Shown here in pieces: positions 26,201 through 35,411 of a stretch of DNA of 64,000 bases (within the stretch, counting starts at the first letter, position 1; every line of letters begins with the position of its first letter). A program made the translations under genes and the position numbers. The stretch comes from Epithemia pelagica. Lineage: Eukaryota > Protista > Bacillariophyta. The notes under the pieces are model-generated. The model was not told the origin of the DNA, searched no databases, and saw only the letters and a list, made by a program, of their open reading frames with translations. The stretch is from the NCBI GenBank assembly GCA_946965045.2, contig OX337232.1, forward strand, positions 3,286,001-3,350,000, in the 5' to 3' direction.

Positions 26201-26327
26201 GAGGCGGTTGTGTAGGAGGGCAAGGTTCTTGTGGTGGAGGTGACTGCAAGGTTGGGGGGTTTGGATCTTGCGTAACGGCAATTGGGCCTTCTTTTTCAGA
26301 AGCATCTTCAGTGGCGTTGCCCGACAT
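23277..26327 (-). pseudogene. piggyBac transposase (DDD plus C-terminal Cys-rich domain), disrupted
   Basis: FSTPFECF, EMYRFLGI*LTMS, MTLNRFRQIR, AFDEG, SMDNRY, WIDSKVV, YQQNMGSVDKGDQ, KKWY, then C..C...C..C...H. TAG at 24969-24971, frameshift ~24590 (GTGTG), frameshift in C-run ~23680. Confidence 0.85.
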
Positions 26328-27055
26328 TGGACTATTAGGAACCCAATGGCTCGATCCTTCGAATACTTGTTGACTGGATTCTATACGTCGTGGTACTTCT
26401 AGTTCTTTTCATCAACCTCAAACAAGTGGCATCTGTCAGGGTATCAGATGACTGCCAAAAAATGAGCAAAACTGCCGATTCTTCTATCGAAAATTTGACG
26501 ATGATACAGTCATAATTGAACTATAGTGTCTTAAAATAAAATTTTCAAAATTTCACCAGCTTCCGTTTGGAAGTGTTCATTGTCCTCAATACAAGGTAGG
26601 AGAAGAGATATGATTGATCAAATGAAATGGAGGTGCGTATGTGAGCCTCATTTTGGAATTGAGGTACACATGTGATACTCGGTGTTGATTGGCGTTAAGG
26701 TCGACAATAAGCGTAAGGAGCACTTTGGATCCCATCCATTCCGACAAAACGTGCTTTTCGAGCCAGCCCGCCACACACGTGCACACACACGACCTGCCTG
26801 CGACAATAAATACCCCCATTTTTGCGACATAACTTCATTACCACTTTGGATTTTCTAATTAAATCTGTTTCTCAGAGAATGTCACACATTAGTTCCGAAT
26901 TCTTATACGGCACTTCTCACTCGGAAGCAATCATCCGTTGCTTGGACGATACCATGCCAATGGTGAAGGATGATTCTTGTTACTTCGTTTCCCTTTGTCC
27001 ATATACCCAAACGACTGCTTTGTCTCCCATTGATTGACCATAGAAACAAGGCATC

Positions 27056-28702
27056 ATGTTTGAAAAGGAAGGGCCGGTTTATGTTCCGCTATTCAACAAT
27101 GTCTTTCGTGTGGGAACTTTTGTGCATGTCAAATTGAGTGATCAAGATCAACACTCAACCACCGTATGCCAGCTGAACAAACATACTGATGGCAATGTCA
27201 TGCTGAAATTGTTCTACCCGTTATTCCCCCCAAAGAATCTAAAATGCCATCCCTCCATTCCGAAACATGATTTCGATCCCCTCGAAGAAGAAACTGGCTC
27301 TCGTCAAATCGAACTCTACGAATCATGGGATTCGATTCACCGGTACGAAGCTCAAGCACAAGATATTTCCATCAGATATCCTGCATTTTGTTTCACACCG
27401 AAGCAACTGGAATCTCCGTTGAACAGATGGGCGGAAGGCATCAAAAACGTGTACATAGTACGGTTCAAGCAAGTAGGGGGAACAAGTTAGTGCCAATTGA
27501 CGAGTTGAAATTTACCTGCTTCCCCATGGATCAAGTGAAACCAAACGAACAACTGATTGTTCCTCCACGCTGTTTCCACAAAAACACTTGGCACGGCCTG
27601 TTCCTACTACGCAAGGCTCTTATCAAGATTTTGAACAAGCGGGGCGGGCATGCAGAGAAACGTGACTTCCAGACAGTCACCATCGGTAACATCCCCTCTG
27701 AAACATTTAATTACTTGCATGTCCTTCTCAATTCTCACCTGAAATGTGTCTCCTGTCATTATATCGACGGATCCGAGAGCTATCAAGACTTAGATGCCAA
27801 ACTAACACGCCGTAAGATTCGGATGAGCTGTCAGAATGGCATCCTACGCTTCGAAACACAAGAAGAGTTGGACATTGTGCGTAATTTCCTAGGTTTTGCC
27901 GCAGTCTATGGTTCGAGTGAAGTTCGGCCAACTCTTAAAGATGGTGCTGCTGGTGTTACCCTCAAGCGAGGGCATTTCCTGACTGTGATCCGAGGCAGTA
28001 AAGAGAAGCCTGAGTTTAAGCGCCGATGCCTTGATCAACGCATCGACATTGTGTTCTCGCCTTTTCAAGTCAAGGTTTCCGTGAACTTTGAACGGTACCG
28101 TTACGACAAGAGTCGTGGGGGTAAATTCAAGGTTGATCCTCCCACGGACCATCTTGAAAGTGTGCTCCTAGCCAAGCCATTCCCATTCGATGACAAGAAA
28201 TTCCGTCCCTTTCCCGTATCAGCTGATGCACTCGTTGCTCCACAAGTCACGTCACCTGACTCGTCCACTGATCCATCGACAGCAGATAGCTCAGACCACA
28301 CCGAGATACGATACAGAGATACTTCACCTCGATCCATGGCCCCCCCCAAATTGTTTGGTATCTCTTGGTGACAAATATGAGCACGAAGGGACCACTTTCC
28401 AAGTCGCTGTCTATCTCCCACCGGCCGACAAGAAACACTACGTCCTTCGTGACAAATATGATGACACTATTTTCACGATGAATGATCCTGAGAGGTATGA
28501 CCGAGTTGGAGGAATCGAGGGTATGGAGTACGTTGGGACACTACTTCCTTCAAAGTCTTGGTCCATTGGATGTATTGTTATGAGCGGTGTTCGATTCAAG
28601 TCGGACGTGGAGGAAGGGAGTCAGGATATGGATTTCCATACGGATATTCCTCTCATTGCCAGTCTTGTGGAAGCAAACAATGACGCTCAAGCAACTAATT
28701 AG
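27056..28702 (+). CDS. Partner gene of the RAG1/Transib-like element (~548 aa if two homopolymer frameshifts are corrected); unknown function, N-terminus weakly BAH-like
   Basis: ORFs 27056-27490, 27325-28371 and 28190-28702 join by +1 G in the G5 run at 27476-27480 and -1 C in the C8 run at 28340-28347. Lies tail-to-tail with the transposase, 50 bp between stops. Confidence 0.55.
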
Positions 28703-28752
28703 TGTAATCAGTGAAACAAATCTCATTATATATTGAATACTAACTCTCCTAT

Positions 28753-31700
28753 CTACTCTGATTCGTACTCTTCCTCAGTAGTTGTTGAGTCTTCCGAGTC
28801 TACATCGAGATCCTGTGAATCATCCAACCGAGGATCATACAGAATCTCAACTCCCACATCCCAGTCGAACTCGTATTCCTTAACCCCTTCCTCATCTTCA
28901 TCTTCGTCATCCTTGGATTCGTCATTGCCTGTATTGTTGTGTCCTTCCTCATCTTCATCTTCGTCATCCTTGGATATGTCATTGGCTTTTTTGTTGTGTC
29001 GAACAAGCTGCCCGAATTCGATTGTTCCGCCATTGTCTCTCACCCACGTTTTGAACTTCTCTTCTTCTTCCGGAGTCCTCGCATCCATTTCGGCTCGCAT
29101 GGTTTCCAGGTCGTAACCTAGCATGAAAACCATGCGGCGTTGGATCCATCTTGCCATGGGACGTAGCCTTGAGCGTGCCCCTTTTCCTCTATTCACTGCT
29201 CCTCCGCGCTGAGTTCTATTGAAATAGAAGCTCTTAAAAGCGGAGTTGAACGCTTCCCAGCCTTGCTGGGAATGGTTCGTGAGGTTGCGCCAGTGTAGGA
29301 GATATTCCCCGATATGCCCACTACCAATGTAGTGGGCATAATTTGTGATCCCATCGTCACCATACAACTCTATCCAGTCGCGATAGAAGAGATCAGCATG
29401 CTTCTGGTAGTCAAATATTTGCTCGTTTGTCATGGGTTCCCGAATTCGCAGCAGTTGGAACGAGGCAGAGTAGTGTTCCATTGCCCTCTTCCATAAGAAG
29501 ATGTCATCCTCATCTACGATGCACTTGTCCACGAGTTTCTCGATGTCGACAATCAAACGTCGGATCTGTACATTGCTCATCTGAACCACCCCAATAGTCT
29601 TCGTGGTTTCCTCGAATGGAATCTGAAACTGGAACGCGAGATTTCCTGTTCCAAGTATTTCGGTATTGATGCAATGCTCGATTCCTCGAAGGAAGGACTT
29701 GCATTTTTTCTCGACAGACGAACGGTTGGATCGTTGAATCCAAGGAAGTAGATTGTTTTTGGCATTCATAAGCCCGGTCCGGAAGCACATGGTCAAAATC
29801 TTCTGCCCCATTCGCATCTCCATGTGGAGAATGCAGGGAATGGAATCCATGACCATAACAAGTGCAGTGCTGACCGTACCTTCCCCGAACAATCGGACGC
29901 AATCATGGCAATCAACATATTGCCACTCCGAAATCAGTTGGCGTCGTAAACGATCCTGTCGTTCCAACACATTGCCATCTACGGACAAATTACGTAAACC
30001 CAGATCCTTGTTCAGCCAAGAAGAGTACCTCTTCTGTAAAGTGTTTGACGCCTGAGCCACATCGAAGTGAATTGAAGAGACTGTTTTCAACTGAATCTCA
30101 TCGACCGGCATTCTAGGGTCCATTGTCTTGTTCATTGCAATTTTTGACTTAGCCCATATTTCTTCAATCTGGTCCTTGATCTGGGGTATGTCCTTCTCGA
30201 ACTTTTTCATTTCGTCCTTGCGGATTTGCACATAGTCGTCGGTGCAAATAGGAAAGTGACGACACATCCATCCATCTTCTGTAGATGCGTAGTCCATGTG
30301 ATCACACCATTTGCAGTCATCGGGTGATTCCAGGCCCTTTGTTAAGTTATCACTTGAAATGTGACACTTAGCACATGGATATTTCGCAACTTTAACCGCT
30401 CCTCCTTTGTCTGAAACTTTGAAATCACAGGACATATCGGCATTGAGTGGATTGTACACTTGTTTTATTCCGAACGCTTTCGGGAGTACAGTCTCGGCTG
30501 CTTCCTTGTTTTCTTTCAACATTCTAGAGAATAATCCGCGTACAGTGTTTTTCTTTTCCCGACCAATGACACAACAGGTTGGGACACAAGCTGCCTGGGA
30601 CCGTTGAAGTGGGTTGGAGATATCATTGTACTTGACCCCACCCAGTGTATGGTCCAATGATCTAGTAAGACTGGCTCCATCCATACACGAGGCCACTGTA
30701 TGTTCCCTTTCTTTCGCCTCACCTTCCAACGCATTATTGGATCTCAGAACACCTTTCATACTGTCGGCCCCCCGGAAAATGAATCCTTCCGAACCGTCTT
30801 TCGTATTGCGAATGGTATGGAAGGGAACTATCGTGTCAGCAAAGCGTTCTATTTCTTGTTGGGCTTTCTTCATGGCCGCGGAACTCGGGATCATTGTATG
30901 GGCTCCCTTCCTCCCGTCGGACTCGCACTTCCGCAAAATCTCAAGACCTGACAAACTCAGAACACCACCGGTCGTATCCATTTCCCGAAGAATACGGAAA
31001 GGTGAGAAACAAGTTTGCCTGAGATAGTTGGAAACAGCCTTAACCATTATGTCACGAACTTGCGCTCCATGCAAGTTGTCATTCATAAGCATATTGGTTA
31101 GCATTCTGAAAAACTTGTCGGACCTTTGGCTACCAACTTGATGGTTCTTCACGGAAGATTTAATGACTTCCTTGATGTGTCGGATAATCATTTCAGCATT
31201 TTCTTCCTTGGAACAGGTAGAGGGAAGAGAAGCCATCCCATCTGGGCCAGATTGTTCTGTCTTTTTCTGGAGATAGTATATACGATCCAGTCTCGACTTG
31301 TTTTTCGCCCGCTGTTCGGAAAGACGCCGCTTCAGAGTTGCATTTCTTTGTCCTTCTTTGGATAGCTTCTTTTTAAGGGACTTGACTTGCAACAACAGTC
31401 CATTAACCAGAGAAACAGTGTACTGCTTCTTCTCTTCTTCTTGTTCTTCGTTTGAAGGTGTGGTTGTTTCCGGGGGTGCGTCTGATTGATCAAGGATCTG
31501 TGGAATCGTTAGACCGCGATTGATATCCACAGGAGGGTCGTTTCTACTACGGGGAATTACAGTCTTATCTATTGTGTCTTCGAAGCCATCGTCTTCAGGT
31601 ATTCGGTCTGACTCAACCCCGTCGTCATCTGGTGGTGGAATGAGTGTCTGGCTGGAGGGAGCATCACTGGTTCCGGCAGGAGGGGGTTTCTTCTGACTAC

Positions 31701-32646
31701 TGACAAATTCTTGGTCTTCATAAGGATTGGGAGGATGCTTCATGGAAGGAGGGGGGACATTCGCCTCTTCAGATTGAGCCAGTGTGAGATTTGGTTCATT
31801 GGTGGGGACTGTCAACGAAATGGACTGTTGTGAAGGGGGTTTGCTGGATTCATCATATTTGTTGTCTTGAAGTGAGTGACATTCTGGGCCTTGATTCGTT
31901 GGAGAAGGTTCGGTGGAGAGATCGTGTGTTGATTGTTTTGATTCTGCTTCCAATAAATCAGGATTTGTAAGAGAACCAATCTCTTGTTGGGCGTCCTTGT
32001 CGGCTTTGGCTTTTTTCTGTCGCTGTTGTTCGGCAAGTTTCTTGAGTCTCCTTTTTTTCTCATCAATCATTCGGTCTGTTGGGTAAATACCATTCTTGTG
32101 CTCGGCAACACATCCGAAAAGACCAGAGAACCTATTGACCTTGAGTTGAGGTTGGGCACGTTCCTTGTTATCCGCATATTCGCAATTTAGACAGAAGAAA
32201 AAACCACCACGATATCGGGCCTCTCGTTCGAGACCGAAAACGGAACACGGCTTCTTGTAGTGGTGCTTGAATTGCTTACGAATCTTGGCAATCCTTTCCC
32301 TTTCGACATAACTGTTGGATATCGTCGTGCCTTTGTTCAGACGGGTGGCTCTAGTTTGAAGATTGGGAGATGGCGGTAAGTCTTCAGCAATTCTGGACGA
32401 TCGCCGAAGAGGGTGTGAAGGGGCGGGAGGTTCCTTGGGAGGGACAAGACGCTCTTTGGGAGGTGCTGGAGGATCTTCGGGAGGGGGTGGAGGTTCCTTG
32501 CAAGGGACTGGAGGTTCCTTGGGAGGTGGAGGGTCTTTAGCAATTCGGGAGGAGCGGCGAAGAGGAGGTGGAGGGGTGTCGGGTTCTTTTGGAGTGGTTG
32601 CTGCTTCTTTCCCTGGTTTCGTCGTGGTTTGAGATCGAGTTATCAT
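28753..32646 (-). CDS. RAG1-core/Transib-like DDE transposase, 1297 aa, uninterrupted
   Basis: In RAG1 order: SCMDGA (D, 30679-81), NADMS (D, 30436-38), YPCAKCH (CxxC), PCILHMEMR (LH), GITNYAHYIGSGH (cf. RAG1 KITNYFHKTLAH), SQQGWEAFN (E, 29254-56; cf. ASEGNESGN). N-terminus has Pro-rich repeats and a Cys/His cluster. Confidence 0.75.
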   Translation of the reverse strand: MITRSQTTTKPGKEAATTPKEPDTPPPPLRRSSRIAKDPPPPKEPPVPCKEPPPPPEDPPAPPKERLVPPKEPPAPSHPLRRSSRIAEDLPPSPNLQTRATRLNKGTTISNSYVERERIAKIRKQFKHHYKKPCSVFGLEREARYRGGFFFCLNCEYADNKERAQPQLKVNRFSGLFGCVAEHKNGIYPTDRMIDEKKRRLKKLAEQQRQKKAKADKDAQQEIGSLTNPDLLEAESKQSTHDLSTEPSPTNQGPECHSLQDNKYDESSKPPSQQSISLTVPTNEPNLTLAQSEEANVPPPSMKHPPNPYEDQEFVSSQKKPPPAGTSDAPSSQTLIPPPDDDGVESDRIPEDDGFEDTIDKTVIPRSRNDPPVDINRGLTIPQILDQSDAPPETTTPSNEEQEEEKKQYTVSLVNGLLLQVKSLKKKLSKEGQRNATLKRRLSEQRAKNKSRLDRIYYLQKKTEQSGPDGMASLPSTCSKEENAEMIIRHIKEVIKSSVKNHQVGSQRSDKFFRMLTNMLMNDNLHGAQVRDIMVKAVSNYLRQTCFSPFRILREMDTTGGVLSLSGLEILRKCESDGRKGAHTMIPSSAAMKKAQQEIERFADTIVPFHTIRNTKDGSEGFIFRGADSMKGVLRSNNALEGEAKEREHTVASCMDGASLTRSLDHTLGGVKYNDISNPLQRSQAACVPTCCVIGREKKNTVRGLFSRMLKENKEAAETVLPKAFGIKQVYNPLNADMSCDFKVSDKGGAVKVAKYPCAKCHISSDNLTKGLESPDDCKWCDHMDYASTEDGWMCRHFPICTDDYVQIRKDEMKKFEKDIPQIKDQIEEIWAKSKIAMNKTMDPRMPVDEIQLKTVSSIHFDVAQASNTLQKRYSSWLNKDLGLRNLSVDGNVLERQDRLRRQLISEWQYVDCHDCVRLFGEGTVSTALVMVMDSIPCILHMEMRMGQKILTMCFRTGLMNAKNNLLPWIQRSNRSSVEKKCKSFLRGIEHCINTEILGTGNLAFQFQIPFEETTKTIGVVQMSNVQIRRLIVDIEKLVDKCIVDEDDIFLWKRAMEHYSASFQLLRIREPMTNEQIFDYQKHADLFYRDWIELYGDDGITNYAHYIGSGHIGEYLLHWRNLTNHSQQGWEAFNSAFKSFYFNRTQRGGAVNRGKGARSRLRPMARWIQRRMVFMLGYDLETMRAEMDARTPEEEEKFKTWVRDNGGTIEFGQLVRHNKKANDISKDDEDEDEEGHNNTGNDESKDDEDEDEEGVKEYEFDWDVGVEILYDPRLDDSQDLDVDSEDSTTTEEEYESE

Positions 32647-34126
32647 GGCTCTGTCAACGCAATCAAACCGTGAGGCCCGTTATGATACAGAGAGAGACGA
32701 TTGATTGGATGGATGTGTCAATCGGGTCATTACGAAATCAAGAGACGTCTTGTAAAAGATGAGAGAGGCCCAATCTCATCGAGTCGAAGGGAGAGTTTGG
32801 AATTGTCGATTAACATGCGACTACTGCGTAATACTATATTCGTAGACGTAGAATTATTATTATTGTGAGTATGCCATCTCGGACGGAAGCCGAGCGTGAC
32901 ATGGGTTTTTTTCTCATAATTTGGAGGCACTTTCAGTTGGACTTACGGGCATGAAAGACAATATTGTAACTCTGATGCAAGGTCGGGGATCCAATTTGGA
33001 TACATAGAAGAAAGTTTTTGCATACTTACATCAGAGTTACATACATGATATGGACTCCGTTTTGGGCTTCCAATGGAGAAGAGATGCTCAAGAGTGAAAT
33101 TTGATGCCAAACGACCGTATTATTTAACCAAAAACTCTTTCCACTATTTGGCTTATAGTGAGTTTTTGGGTTTCTGAGATGGTCGCGACGGCATGAAAGT
33201 GGTGCATGCGTGCGACTTGGGATACGAAGTGCTCCTTACGGGATAATAGTTAGCACTAACAAAAGCTAAAAGCTGCCCTTTCTACTATTTGTTCCATTCT
33301 GAATTATTCGGGACTCGATACTCGATATGCTGGAACCGGGACTCCAAAACGGATGATTCCGAAAACACGTACATCAGTTAACAACAGGAACACGCGAAAC
33401 TATGTCGGCTATGACCTCACGCGCCCTATGCTAGCAGACAAGGCAGCATTTTAGCTTAGTACTAGCTAAACAGCTCTAGTCCTTGTCGTTTTGGCGATTG
33501 TCTCTTTTTCAAAAACCCGGGGCAATAAAAACGGTGCTCCCGGTATTAAGCCTCATGACCCACACATGATGAAATTTTTGTCTTGTAATGTCCTACTTAT
33601 CAATCATTAGCTAAGCCTGACGAATAATGTGGTGTACACTACATAACTTCTCAGTCTTGTGAGCCATCGGTAAATAAGGGCACTCCGACACCGATCTCAG
33701 ACCCCTCCTCGTAGCCATCCAAGCAAGAGATCCCTCGCAGCCAAAGATTGAGGACGAACAAACAGATGAGATGATTCAATAACTTAAACAAATTTAGATT
33801 CTCGCGATCATGATCATATGATTAGATCGTGTTGTGGGGGGAAGGTGAAACCTTCTCCACTCAGAGCCGGTGATCCAACACCAGCTAAGGGAACCGATCT
33901 GTTAGCCACGAGTGGATGAACCATGTCGAGACTCCTGTTTGTTCCCCTGAGCTCCCCCAACGCAATCAGGTAGCACCATGCAATCGCAAAGGGGGCAGGG
34001 GACAGCAGACTGAAACGGAACAAACCCATAAACCAACAATCAAGAAGAGAGAACGCTTTGCCACGTCGGCTTTCTCTCAACTTGTCGATACCAAAACCCC
34101 CTCCACCGAGAATCTCGACTGGGCGA

Positions 34127-35411
34127 TCACATGGACCAGGTATACCTCAGGAATGGTCCCACAAGCAAGTTCAAGTCGACCCATGTCTTGAGCCAGGCAG
34201 ACTGCGCGATTTATCCATCGTCTTATCTTTATTCCACTGCTGGTCTCATCGCAACATGGCAAAAGGTGTGAGCGTTCAATGTGCTCTCCTTTGAACTGCC
34301 CCCACAACCCAACCACGATACAGTTTCGTTGCCTGTAAAGATCCATGTATTTCACAAGCGCATTCAAGTCCAGCAGCAAACCCTCCGGGCCTCGCAACGA
34401 CAAAACGTATGACGTAGCAAAGAACGTGCCCGCAAGAACGAGAAAGAACGAGTCATGTTCTTCTCGGTTCTCCAGAATCTCCTCCTCGATAGAACCCAAC
34501 AAAGCTTGCATTAACTCGCTGGTCACTGCCTGGTCAGGGCGCCAATCTTGGCCCATTCGGCGTCGACATCCTTCGACAACTCTGGAGAACCACAACGAAC
34601 CGCTCTCATCCTGGCCCATTCTAGAGAAGGCCTTTCCATTGTTGTCTGTTAGCACCAAAGGATGGCCGTTCACTAGCGTAGAAGCCGTTGCTCTCACGTG
34701 ATTCGAATAAGTAGAACGAAATTTGCGTATCGTATCAAACTGCTTCCTGTCTCGATGATATTTTCCTTGATCCAAAGACGCGTCCAGCATAAGGAAGGCA
34801 ACTTGATAGCCACAATGGTCATAATTTGGGAACGGGCCTGCACTTCGAAAGGGGCCAAATGGAATCCCGACTTTCTTTGATTTCTCTATCATCAATTTTG
34901 CATTCTTCATGTTTTGAGTTACCGTGCTCGTAGCTCTGCTCCAAAAGGCGTCCAAGTTCATTCGCCGTATGCAAGTGAGCAGGTATCGATCTTTTAAATT
35001 TTCCGGATCCGGCTCCTCTTCTCGCAACTTCCCGAACACGCACAAATCGCACTCGAAAGGAGTGACCAGGTGGTCGCCTGCTCGCGCTTGGTTAAAATCC
35101 TCCCGACGGTCTCTTGTACGAATCCTCCAAGATTCGGCCACCAAACGAGCCTGGTCTGATTCTTCCACCAGAGTGTTCCGAGACGCAACATAAAACCGGT
35201 CATCGTCGCTCAAAGAATAACACCCGGGACACCATGCGCTCTGACATGGAGCGCATTTTCCAACACTGTACACAAAATTTCCGCAGAAGATCCCGTCCAC
35301 CCACGGGATCCTCTTTCCACATTTTGCACAGTTTCCGATCCATAGCGAACATCTTCGGTGTTCCTCGGAGTTGCCATGGCTGCGACCTGATAAAAGGAAA
35401 AGCAAGACCAA
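34127..35411 (-). pseudogene. Tyrosine recombinase, copy 1, with ~0.3-kb internal deletion
   Basis: Near-identical to the copy 2 YR up to CLAQDMG, then jumps to the last codons, losing RSFRRG, NRW and the catalytic Y region. Confidence 0.8.

Larger units (their letters stand above)
22474..26694 (-). mobile_element. piggyBac-family DNA transposon (4.2 kb), two genes, decayed
   Basis: Flanked by TTAA at 22470-22473 and 26695-26698 with inverted ends TTAA|CGCCAATC ... GATTGGCG|TTAA; encodes piggyBac transposase motifs. Confidence 0.75.
26712..33240 (-). mobile_element. 6.5-kb TIR DNA transposon, RAG1/Transib-like (CMC-Transib clade), two convergent genes
   Basis: 23-bp TIRs with 2 mismatches: CGTAAGGAGCACTTTGGATCCCA (26712-26734) and TGGGATACGAAGTGCTCCTTACG (33218-33240), enclosing the 1297-aa transposase and a plus-strand partner gene. 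Confidence 0.7.

Noticed and set aside
26721-26752. RSS-like CACTTTG...ACAAAACGT in the left TIR of the RAG1-like element
   Set aside because: The CAC lies 9 nt inside the inverted repeat, the spacer is 16 bp, and no nonamer-like match exists at the right end.
27056-28702. Partner gene as RAG2-like
   Set aside because: Position fits, but I see no kelch-repeat periodicity or C-terminal PHD Cys/His pattern.
33388-33679. Long inverted repeats as DIRS1-type ITRs of YR copy 1
   Set aside because: The arm continues on the far side of the insertion (42116-42240) and copy 2 lacks it, so it belongs to the interrupted foldback element.
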